From Elusimicrobiota bacterium (GTDB lineage Bacteria > Elusimicrobiota > Elusimicrobia > UBA1565 > UBA9628): a stretch of DNA of 64,000 nucleotides. The DNA lies in the NCBI GenBank assembly GCA_038060535.1, contig JBBTHA010000021.1:1813-65812 (forward strand), written 5' to 3'. Positions 37,117 to 45,357 of this stretch are shown piece by piece. The notes under the pieces were generated by a model, which saw only the letters and a program-made list of their open reading frames with translations, was not told the DNA's origin and made no database searches. Both the position numbers and the translations under genes were made by a program. Each line of letters opens with the position of its first letter. Within the stretch, counting starts at the first letter, position 1.

Positions 37117-37210
37117 CGCCTTCAATATGGCTTTCCTGGGTGATATCCAGCATGAGGCTTTCGGTCTTTTCCGCAAGGCCAAAGGACCTGGACCGGAAAA
37201 GTGCTGCGTG

Positions 37211-37239
37211 TTGACATGCAGGACGGGGTGGGATAATAT
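37211..37239 (+). promoter_or_regulatory. Sigma70-type promoter for the ars operon (TTGACA - 17 nt - TAATAT)
   Basis: ttgacatgcaggacggggtgggataatat. Near-consensus hexamers with 17-nt spacing, ~17 nt upstream of the arsR ATG. Confidence 0.55.
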
Positions 37240-37256
37240 ATTCGTATAAACGAATA
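37237..37256 (+). promoter_or_regulatory. Dyad operator ATATTCGT-ATAA-ACGAATAT overlapping the -10 and the arsR start (putative ArsR site)
   Basis: Inverted repeat seen directly. A closely related 17-mer occurs immediately upstream of lysR at 34226-34243. Confidence 0.5.
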
Positions 37257-37597
37257 TGAATGATCAGCGAGTGAGCGGGATGTTTCGGGCCTTCGCCGAC
37301 GAGACTCGGCTGCGCATCCTGCATCTCCTAACCAAAGGCGAGCTGTGCGTCTGCGACATCATCTCCGTCCTTGAGGTCCCGCAGCCGAAGGTTTCCCGGC
37401 ACTTGAGCACCCTGAAGCGGGCGGGCCTGGTGGCTGACCGCCGAGACGGCCGGTGGAAGCACTACTCCTTGGCCCAGGCCAAGGGCGACTTTCATCATCG
37501 GCTGATCGCCTGCGTCGGAAGCTGCCTGGACGAAGCCCCGACCCTCAAGCGCGATGCCGGCAAGCTTGTGTCGATCAAGAAGGCGCGGTGTCGATGA
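37256..37597 (+). CDS. arsR: ArsR/SmtB-family metalloregulator
   Basis: ELCVCDIISVLEVPQPKVSRHLSTLKRAGLV. Metal-binding CVC in the first helix of the wHTH. Confidence 0.85.
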   Translation: MNDQRVSGMFRAFADETRLRILHLLTKGELCVCDIISVLEVPQPKVSRHLSTLKRAGLVADRRDGRWKHYSLAQAKGDFHHRLIACVGSCLDEAPTLKRDAGKLVSIKKARCR

Positions 37598-37647
37598 TTT
37601 TTTGAGTCGATATATCTACCTAAACGCATGTGCATAGAGGAGAACGC

Positions 37648-38079
37648 GTGACGAAAGAAAAGGTGTTGTTCATCTGCATCCACAACTCCGGCCGCAGCCA
37701 GATGGCCGAGGCCTTGCTCCGTCATCTGGGCGGCGACCGTTTTGAAGTCGAGAGCGCTGGTTTCGAGCCTGGGACCCTGAACCCGGTGGTCGTTGAGGCC
37801 CTCAAGGAGATCGGCATCGACATCTCGAATGCCAAGACTCAGAGCGTTTTCGAGCTGCACAAGCAGGGCCGGTCCTACCAGCGCCTCGTCACGGTGTGCG
37901 ACGAATCGAGCGCCGAGCGCTGCCCCCTCTTTCCCGGGCTCGTTGGCGACCGCATGCACTGGAGCTTCAAGGATCCCGCCGCATTCAAGGGCTCGGCGCA
38001 AGAGCGCCTGGCCCAGACGCGCGTCGTGCGCGACGAGATCAAGGGCCGGATCGAGCGCTTTCTTAAGGAGGGCGCATGA
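37648..38079 (+). CDS. arsC: Arsenate reductase, LMW protein-tyrosine-phosphatase type
   Basis: [18 protein letters not shown]-loop (CX5R). Start taken at GTG 37648, 6 nt after GAGGAG; an alternative ATG is at 37630. Confidence 0.85.
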   Translation: MTKEKVLFICIHNSGRSQMAEALLRHLGGDRFEVESAGFEPGTLNPVVVEALKEIGIDISNAKTQSVFELHKQGRSYQRLVTVCDESSAERCPLFPGLVGDRMHWSFKDPAAFKGSAQERLAQTRVVRDEIKGRIERFLKEGA

Positions 38080-39170
38080 GGTCCCCCTGCTGCGAGCGCT
38101 CGGTCACGAGCCGCCTCGGCTTTCTCGACCGCTATTTGACCGGCTGGATTTTCGGGGCCATGACCCTGGGGGTCGCCTTGGGCTATTTCCTTCCGGGAGT
38201 TCCCGCCTTCGTCAATCGATTCCAGTCCGGGACGACGAACCTGCCGATCGCCATCGGGTTGATCCTGATGATGTACCCCCCTCTCGCCAAGGTCCGCTAC
38301 GAGGAACTCGGCGACGTCTTCCGGGACAAGAAAATCCTGAAGCTCTCTTTGCTGCAGAACTGGGTGATCGGGCCCGTGCTCATGTTCGCGCTGGCCGTGA
38401 TCTTCCTGCGGGGCTATCCCGAGTACATGGTGGGCCTCATCATGATCGGACTGGCGCGGTGCATCGCCATGGTGGTCGTCTGGAACGACCTGGCCGGCGG
38501 CGACGCCGAGTACGCAGCGGGACTGGTCGCCTTCAACAGCGTATTCCAAGTCCTCTTCTACAGCCTCTACGCCTACGTCTTCGTCACGGTCCTCCTGCCG
38601 CTCTTGGGCCTATCGGGAGCGGCCGTGTCGGTGAGCATGTGGCAGATCGCTGAGAGCGTCCTAATCTACCTCGGTATTCCGTTCTTCGCGGGCGTGCTCA
38701 CGCGCTTTGTGTTCGTGCGGGCGAAGGGCCGCGACTGGTACGAGCGGGAGTTCATCCCCCGGATCAGCCCGGTCACCCTTCTCTCGCTGCTCTTTACGAT
38801 CGTGGTCATGTTCAGCCTCAAAGGCGAGACGATCGTGCGCATCCCCCTGGACGTCGTGCGCATCGCCGTGCCGCTCTTGATCTATTTCGTGGTCATGTTC
38901 CTGGTCAGCTTCTGGCTCAGCGCCCGCGCCGGCGCCGATTACCCCAAGACGGCCACGCTTTCGTTCACGGCGGCGAGCAACAATTTCGAGCTCGCCATCG
39001 CCGTGGCCGTCGCCGTTTTCGGCATCAACTCGGGCCAGGCGTTTGCCGCCGTCATCGGGCCGCTCGTCGAGGTCCCCGCGCTCATCGGCCTCGTCAACGT
39101 CGCGCTTTACTTCCGTGATCGTTGGCCCAAGGCCGCGGCCGCGCCGGTCCCCGAGACCGCCGCGCTCTAG
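38076..39170 (+). CDS. acr3: Arsenite efflux permease, ACR3 family
   Basis: 10-TM protein. [18 protein letters not shown]...[25 protein letters not shown] overlap with arsC. Confidence 0.9.
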   Translation: MRSPCCERSVTSRLGFLDRYLTGWIFGAMTLGVALGYFLPGVPAFVNRFQSGTTNLPIAIGLILMMYPPLAKVRYEELGDVFRDKKILKLSLLQNWVIGPVLMFALAVIFLRGYPEYMVGLIMIGLARCIAMVVVWNDLAGGDAEYAAGLVAFNSVFQVLFYSLYAYVFVTVLLPLLGLSGAAVSVSMWQIAESVLIYLGIPFFAGVLTRFVFVRAKGRDWYEREFIPRISPVTLLSLLFTIVVMFSLKGETIVRIPLDVVRIAVPLLIYFVVMFLVSFWLSARAGADYPKTATLSFTAASNNFELAIAVAVAVFGINSGQAFAAVIGPLVEVPALIGLVNVALYFRDRWPKAAAAPVPETAAL

Positions 39171-39176
39171 GAGGAC

Positions 39177-42100
39177 TTAAGCGGGCGGGCATTGCGCCGA
39201 CGGCGTTTTGGTCCTCGGCCGGCCGAAGCGATAATAGAGGACCGGGACCACCAGCATATTGAGCACGGTCGAGCTGGCCAGGCCCCAGATGATGACTACG
39301 GCCATCGGGGTTTGGATCTCGTTGCCCGGCTTGCCGCCGCCGAGCGCGAGGGGGACCAGGGCCAGGCCCGCGCAGAGCGCTGTCATCAGGATCGGAGAGA
39401 GCCTCTCCAGACTGCCGCGCACGACCGCCTCCCGGAAGTCCCGGACGCCCTCGTGCTCCATCAGATGGTGGATGTGCGAGATCATCATGATGCCGTTGCG
39501 GGTGGCGATGCCGAAGAGCGTGATGAAGCCGATCATCGAGGCGACCGAGAGCACGCCTCCCGAAAGGAACACCCCCGCCACGCCGCCGATGAGGGCCAGC
39601 GGCAGATTGAGCATGATAAAGAGGGCGTCGGCGACCGAACCGAAGGCCATGTGGAGGAGCAGGCCTATGCCTAGGATGACGAGGGCGCCGAGGATGAGCA
39701 AGCGGCGCGAGGCCTCCTGCTGCGCCTCGAACTGCCCCCCGTAGTCGATGAAGTACCCTTCGGGCAGCTTCACCTCGGCCGAGATCGCCTCGCGCACGTC
39801 GCGCACCACGCTGCCGATGTCGCGCCCCGCGGCGTTGCACATGACGACGATCTTCCTCTGAACGTTCTCCCGGGAGATGAGGTTGGGCCCGGAATCGCGC
39901 ACGACCTCGGCCACGAGCTTGAGCGGGATCTTGGTTCCCGCGGGGGTGTCGATGAGGATGTCGCCGAGCTGGTCCGGCCGCGACTTGAGCGAGTCCTTGT
40001 AGCGCACCAGGAGCTCGAAGGCGTTGCGGCCCTCGAGTATCTGACCCACGACGCGCCCTTGCAAGGCGGTTTCGAGGGCGTCGGAGACCCCGCCCGGGTT
40101 GAGTCCGAAGCGGGCCAGAGCCCGGCGGTCGTAGCTGACCCGCAGGATTGGAATATCGGTCTGCTGCTCTACGGAAAGGTCGGCCACGCCTTGAACCCCC
40201 GACATCGTCTGCCGGACTTCCTCGGCCAGGCGCCTGAGCTCGTAGAGATCCTCGCCGAATATCTTGACCGCGAGGTTGGCCTTCGTTCCCGAGAGCATAT
40301 GGTCGATGCGGTGGGAGATGGGCTGGCCGATGGTCACGTTCGTCCCGGGAATGAGCGAGAAGGAGCGCCGAAGAGCTTTGAAGAACTCCTCCTTGGAGCG
40401 CTTGCCCCTCTTGAGGCTCACGTCGAGTTCGGACGCCTCGACGCCCTGGACGTGCTCGTCGAGCTCGGCGCGGCCCGTGCGCCTGCCCACGGAAAGCACC
40501 TCGGGCTCGGCCAAAAGCGCCTCCTCGACTTGGCGCCCGAGGCTGTCGGACTCCGGCAGGGAGGTGCCCGGCAGGGTGACGGCCGAGATGGTCAGCGCTC
40601 CCTCGTTGAACTCGGGCAAGAAGGCCCGGCCGGCGAAGGCCAAGGCGAGCGCGGCCGCCAGCGTGAGCGCTGCGGCGGCAAAGGCGGTCGGCAGGGGATG
40701 CGCCAAGGAGGTTTCGAGAAGCGGCCGGTAGGCCGCCTTGAGCCTTCGCACGACTCCGCTTTCTTGCCCGCGCAAGATGACCTTCGATCCTGGAAGCAGG
40801 AACGAGCAAAGGGCCGGCGTCACGATGAGCGCCACGACCAGGGAAACGAGGATCGAGACGACGTAGGCGAACCCCAAGGGCTTGAGCAGACGGCCCTCGA
40901 CGCCGCTCAAGAAGAACAGCGGCAGGAACACCAGGACGATGATGACGGTGGCGAACACGATGGAGGAGCGGATTTCCTGGGTTGCCCTCAAGATCACCTT
41001 GAGCGGGGGCTGGCGCGAGTCCTGAGGCCGAGAGGCGTTCTCCCTGAGCCGCCTGACGACGTTCTCCACGTCGATGATGGCGTCGTCGACCAGGGCGCCG
41101 ACTGCGATGGCCATGCCGCCAAGAGTCATGGTGTTGATGGTGGCTCCGATGGCCTGGAGCCCGAGGGCCGCCGCGACGAGCGAGAGCGGGATGGCCGTCA
41201 GGGTGATGAAGGTGGCGGGAAGGTTCGCGAGGAACAGGAGCAGGATGATCGCGACCAGGATCGCTCCATCGCGCAGCGCCGCCAGCACGTTGCGCACCGC
41301 CACCGAGATGAACTCCGCTTGGCGGAAGAGGCGGCGCTCGATGCGAATTCCTTCTGGAAGGCTTTTCTCGATCTCATCCAACACCCTATCGAGGGCTTCG
41401 GTCAGGACGAGCGTGTTCGTTCCGGGCTGCTTCTGGATGCCGATGATGACGGCCGGGCGGCCTTTGAAGGAGCCTTCCCCGCGCTTCAAGCCCGGTCCGA
41501 TCTGAACTTGAGCCAGATGTCCCAGCAGAACCGGCTGGCCGTTGCGCATCGCCACGACCGCCGATTGGATTTCCTCGACGTCGCGGAAGCGGCCGATCCC
41601 CCGGAGCAGATACTCCTGCCCGCCCGAGATCAGGAAGCCCGCCGAGGCATTCCGGTTCGCCTCTTTGACGGCCTCCAGCACTTCTTGGTTGGACACCTTG
41701 TAAGCGGCCATCTTCGCTGGCTCCAGCAGGACCTGGTACTGCTTCTCCTCGCCGCCGATGGTCGTCACCTGGGCTACGCCGGGCAAGGAGAGCAGGCGCC
41801 TGCGGATCGTGTAGTCGGCAAGAACCCGCAGGTCCATGGGGTCGCTTTTCTCCGACGTCAGGGCCAGGAACATGATTTCGCCCATGATGGAGGAAATGGG
41901 GGCGAGCACCGGGCGCTCGGCCTCGGGAGGAAGGCTCGCGGCCACGAGCTGCACCTTCTCGCTGACCACCTGGCGCGCGGCGTAGATGTCGGTGCCCCAT
42001 TCGAACTCCACCCAGACCACGCCGATGCCGGCCGCGGTGGCCGAGCGTACCCGTCGCACCCCCGAGGCGCCGTTCAAGGCCGCCTCGATGGGAAAGGTCA

Positions 42101-42293
42101 CCAAGGACTCGAACTCCTGCGGGGCCATCCCCGGGGCCTCGGTGATGACCGTGACGGTGGGTGCGGTCAGGTCGGGGAAAACGTCCACCGCCATGCGGCT
42201 GGCCGCCCAGCCGCCGAAGACGAGCAGAATGGCCGAGGCGATGAGCACGAGCACCCGGTTCCTCAGGGACCAATCGATGATGTGGCCGACCAT
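39177..42293 (-). CDS. Heavy-metal efflux RND permease (CusA/CzcA family)
   Basis: 1038 aa, 12 TM. MVGHIIDWSLRNRVLVLIASAILLVFGGWAASRMAVDVFPDLTAPTV... Typical HME-RND. Confidence 0.9.
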   Translation of the reverse strand: MVGHIIDWSLRNRVLVLIASAILLVFGGWAASRMAVDVFPDLTAPTVTVITEAPGMAPQEFESLVTFPIEAALNGASGVRRVRSATAAGIGVVWVEFEWGTDIYAARQVVSEKVQLVAASLPPEAERPVLAPISSIMGEIMFLALTSEKSDPMDLRVLADYTIRRRLLSLPGVAQVTTIGGEEKQYQVLLEPAKMAAYKVSNQEVLEAVKEANRNASAGFLISGGQEYLLRGIGRFRDVEEIQSAVVAMRNGQPVLLGHLAQVQIGPGLKRGEGSFKGRPAVIIGIQKQPGTNTLVLTEALDRVLDEIEKSLPEGIRIERRLFRQAEFISVAVRNVLAALRDGAILVAIILLLFLANLPATFITLTAIPLSLVAAALGLQAIGATINTMTLGGMAIAVGALVDDAIIDVENVVRRLRENASRPQDSRQPPLKVILRATQEIRSSIVFATVIIVLVFLPLFFLSGVEGRLLKPLGFAYVVSILVSLVVALIVTPALCSFLLPGSKVILRGQESGVVRRLKAAYRPLLETSLAHPLPTAFAAAALTLAAALALAFAGRAFLPEFNEGALTISAVTLPGTSLPESDSLGRQVEEALLAEPEVLSVGRRTGRAELDEHVQGVEASELDVSLKRGKRSKEEFFKALRRSFSLIPGTNVTIGQPISHRIDHMLSGTKANLAVKIFGEDLYELRRLAEEVRQTMSGVQGVADLSVEQQTDIPILRVSYDRRALARFGLNPGGVSDALETALQGRVVGQILEGRNAFELLVRYKDSLKSRPDQLGDILIDTPAGTKIPLKLVAEVVRDSGPNLISRENVQRKIVVMCNAAGRDIGSVVRDVREAISAEVKLPEGYFIDYGGQFEAQQEASRRLLILGALVILGIGLLLHMAFGSVADALFIMLNLPLALIGGVAGVFLSGGVLSVASMIGFITLFGIATRNGIMMISHIHHLMEHEGVRDFREAVVRGSLERLSPILMTALCAGLALVPLALGGGKPGNEIQTPMAVVIIWGLASSTVLNMLVVPVLYYRFGRPRTKTPSAQCPPA

Positions 42294-42294
42294 G

Positions 42295-43587
42295 TCAGTG
42301 CGCGTGCCCGTGCTCGGGGATCCGTGAAGAGGCCGCCGCCAAGCGGATGAGGTAGGCTCCCTCGGTCGCGACCCGTTCGCCGGACCGTACGCCCTCCAGG
42401 ACGCGGAGGTGGTCGCCCTCGCGCGTGCCCAGCCGCACGGCGCGGCGCTCGAAGCTCTCCCCCTCGACCTGAACGTAGACGACCGGCTTGCCGTCCTCGT
42501 CGATTACGGCGGAGGCGGGGAGCACGGGGCCGCGGGGGCTTTGCCTCGTGACGATGTCGACGCTGAGCACCGCTGCGAGCTTGAGCCTGCCGCCGGGGTT
42601 GGGGAACGCGAATAGGACCTTGGCCGTGCGCGAGGCGGCGTCCATCGTTCCCTGCTGGCCCAGGAACTTGGAGGAGGCCAGCCGCCCCCCTCCAGGGAGC
42701 TCGATGGTGGCGCGCGCCTGGGGCGGCACCTTGGGCAGATCCGGCTCGTAGACGTTGGCCTCGACCCAGATTGTGGCGAGGTTCACTAAGTCGAAGAGCG
42801 GCGCTCCCTTCTCGACCCGGTCCCCGGGGGTGGCGTAGGCTACGGCGACCGCGCCGGAGATCGGCGAGGCCACCGGCACGCGCCCCGAGCCGGTTTCGAT
42901 GACGCCGATGCCCTGCCCTTCGGCGACCGAGGCGCCGATGACGGGATAGACGGACTCTCCGGGCTCAAAGACGCCCGACGCGGGGGCCGCGACCTTGATA
43001 GAGCGGCCGAGCGGGGCCCGGACCTGGCCTTGCGCGCGCAGGCTCTCGGCGAGTTCGCGCTGCTGGACCTCCACCACGGAGAAGCCGCCCTTCCACTGCT
43101 GTTCCTTGAGGAAAGAGATCCGCCCCGACGGCTCTGGCTCCTCCGGGTTCTCCGCGCGCGCCGCTTCGACCGACGGGTACACTTGGACCTCTCCCAGCTC
43201 GTGCGCATCCCGCACCTGCGTTCCCAGCACGACCAGTTTCCAGCGGAACCGTCCCGCCGGGAGCTTGACCACCGGCCTGAAGATGCCGGGACTCGACGGA
43301 GCCTCGGCTCGGAAGTCTGAGCGGCCGCCTGTTCCTTCGAACTCCAGCGCGACCGAGCCTTGGATCACGGGCTTGAAGCCCGCGAGCTCGGTGAGATGCA
43401 CCGCCAACGAGGTCTCCCGGTCCGCGACCAGACGCTGGTGCTCCATGAAGAGTTCCGAGCGCTCCGTCCAGCGTGTGACCGCGGTTCCGGGCGGGCCTTC
43501 ATCCTTGCCGCCGGACTGATCGTGGTCGTGCCGGCCGCAGGCGGCCAAGGCCAGGGCGGCCAGTCCGATCGCCGCGAAAGTTTTCAT
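42295..43587 (-). CDS. RND efflux membrane-fusion (periplasmic adaptor) protein with extra N-terminal domain and His-rich C-terminus
   Basis: Lipobox LAACG. Biotinyl/lipoyl-like and beta-barrel adaptor motifs. Terminal EHGHAH. Confidence 0.85.
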   Translation of the reverse strand: MKTFAAIGLAALALAACGRHDHDQSGGKDEGPPGTAVTRWTERSELFMEHQRLVADRETSLAVHLTELAGFKPVIQGSVALEFEGTGGRSDFRAEAPSSPGIFRPVVKLPAGRFRWKLVVLGTQVRDAHELGEVQVYPSVEAARAENPEEPEPSGRISFLKEQQWKGGFSVVEVQQRELAESLRAQGQVRAPLGRSIKVAAPASGVFEPGESVYPVIGASVAEGQGIGVIETGSGRVPVASPISGAVAVAYATPGDRVEKGAPLFDLVNLATIWVEANVYEPDLPKVPPQARATIELPGGGRLASSKFLGQQGTMDAASRTAKVLFAFPNPGGRLKLAAVLSVDIVTRQSPRGPVLPASAVIDEDGKPVVYVQVEGESFERRAVRLGTREGDHLRVLEGVRSGERVATEGAYLIRLAAASSRIPEHGHAH

Positions 43588-44840
43588 GGGATATCTCCTT
43601 CAAGAGGTTTGCCTAGTACGCGCTCCAGGTCGATCCTGTCCAGCCGGGCGTTGAGAGCGAGTTCGAGCTCTTTGACGCGGGCCGACGTGCCGCCCCTATA
43701 AGCGTCGATGAGCTCCAGCAGGCCCAGGCGGCCCTCCAAGTACGCCAGGCCGGCCATCTGCTCGAGCCGCTCCGCCTGGGGGATGGCGGCCGCTCTGTAG
43801 GAAGCGAGGGCTTCGCCGGAGATCCGAGCTCGGGCGTCAGCGGCTTCAAGGGCGACGCGCGCTTTGCGAGAGTCGCCCTCCAGGGCGCTTTCGGCGGCGC
43901 GCAACTCAGCCGACTTGACGTCGCGCGCGGCTTGGCCCCTGTCGAAGACGGGAAGCTCCAGCCCGACGCCGGCCACGACGCCGGAGCCGGATTGGCCCGC
44001 CGCCCGGCTGGACTTCAGGCCCAGGCCTAAGCCCAGGTCGGGAGCCCAGAGCCGTCGGGCGAGCTTGAGTTCGGCGGCGGCCCGGTCCTGTTCCTTGCGC
44101 AGCGAGGCGAGGACGGGCTGTTCGGCCTCCAGGCGGTCGCGCAGCGCCGCCAGCTCGGGCAGCGGCCTCTCGGGCGCAAGCGTCCCGGAAAGCCTGAGGG
44201 CGAGAGGATCGCTCTCCCATGCGACGAGCTCGGCGATCTTGACCTTGAGCCCGGCCAGCTCGCGCTCAAGAAGGGACGCCTCGGCTTCGGTCTCGGCCCG
44301 CTCGCGTTCAAGCCGCGTCCGGTCGTACTCGGAGGCCTGGGCGCCCCGGCCGCGGACCGATTCGATGAACACTTTGAGGCGGCGGGTGCTGGCTCCCATC
44401 ACCCTTTGACGTTCCTGGGCCTCCAGGACTCCATAGAAGGCGGTCCGGGCGTCCGCCCGCAGGGCGTTGAGATCGGCGCGCGCGGACTCCTTGATGGAGT
44501 CGAGCGCAGCCTGAGCCGCCGAGCGTCTCAGCGAGCGGCGGCCGCTGACGTCCAACGCCATGCCCACCTCCACGAATGTGTCGGACTGCGTGTCGCCGCC
44601 AAGGCGCACCTGCTCCCTTCGCAGCTCAAGGGACGGATTGGGCAGTAGGCCGGCGGCCCGTCGAGCCCCGGCGGCGGCGGACACTCTCGCCTGGATGCCC
44701 TTGGATCGGGGGCTTTGCTCCAGGACATGGCGCAGGAAATCGGGCTCAGTGATGACCAACTCGCCTTTCGATGGAGCCTGAGCCTCCGACGCGTGGCATC
44801 GGGTGGCGAACGCGAGCACGAACAGCAGACGTGACATCAT
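43584..44840 (-). CDS. TolC-family outer-membrane efflux channel
   Basis: Signal peptide. Two repeats of the alpha-helical/beta-barrel OEP pattern. Confidence 0.85.
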   Translation of the reverse strand: MMSRLLFVLAFATRCHASEAQAPSKGELVITEPDFLRHVLEQSPRSKGIQARVSAAAGARRAAGLLPNPSLELRREQVRLGGDTQSDTFVEVGMALDVSGRRSLRRSAAQAALDSIKESARADLNALRADARTAFYGVLEAQERQRVMGASTRRLKVFIESVRGRGAQASEYDRTRLERERAETEAEASLLERELAGLKVKIAELVAWESDPLALRLSGTLAPERPLPELAALRDRLEAEQPVLASLRKEQDRAAAELKLARRLWAPDLGLGLGLKSSRAAGQSGSGVVAGVGLELPVFDRGQAARDVKSAELRAAESALEGDSRKARVALEAADARARISGEALASYRAAAIPQAERLEQMAGLAYLEGRLGLLELIDAYRGGTSARVKELELALNARLDRIDLERVLGKPLEGDIP

Positions 44841-44952
44841 TTCTGGATCACCTTGGTGGGGCCATCAACGCAGTCGTACGACGGTCCGGCCGCCGAAACG
44901 CGATAGGCGGGCGGAGGCTACCGGTGGAGCGGAGCAAAAACGCTCCGCGGCA

Positions 44953-45351
44953 TCAGGCCGGCGGGGCTCTGTCAGAGGGTGTACGGGAGAAGTGAAGTCC
45001 GACCGCGGCCGTCGGCGGGCCCGCGTCGAAAAACATGGAAAGAGCGGCGGCCGGCAGAGTGCCGGCGTTTCGGATATCGGCGGCCACGAACCGACCGAGG
45101 TCTTGCTTTGAGGGGGCGAGCTGCACGGAGGCCATCGGCGCGGCTGGCTGCGCGTCGGCTTGGATCAATTCGTGCTGATGGTCGGAATCGTGCTCATGGC
45201 GATGGGAGTCGTCATCGTGCGCGTGAGCGTGACCGTCCTCCAGGGCGTGGACGGCGGCGTGCAGGAGCGCGGGACGTCCCGGACCTGACAAAGCCAAAGC
45301 CAGGGCGCACGCTCCCGCAAGAGGTCCGAGCATCGTCCTCATCTGGCGCAC
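44953..45351 (-). CDS. Secreted His-rich (putative periplasmic metal-binding) protein
   Basis: Signal peptide, then HALEDGHAHAHDDDSHRHEHDSDHQHE. Sits between the P-type ATPase and the TolC-like gene. Confidence 0.6.
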   Translation of the reverse strand: MRQMRTMLGPLAGACALALALSGPGRPALLHAAVHALEDGHAHAHDDDSHRHEHDSDHQHELIQADAQPAAPMASVQLAPSKQDLGRFVAADIRNAGTLPAAALSMFFDAGPPTAAVGLHFSRTPSDRAPPA

Positions 45352-45357
45352 AGTTTA

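Noticed and set aside
37793-38653. 286-aa plus-strand ORF across arsC/acr3, and 224-aa minus-strand ORF 37875..38549
   Set aside because: Alternative frames. arsC and acr3 have clear family motifs in the chosen frames.
40059-42350. 763-aa plus-strand ORF antisense to the HME-RND gene
   Set aside because: Antisense of a well-supported 1038-aa RND permease. Low-complexity Gly/Arg/Asp translation.
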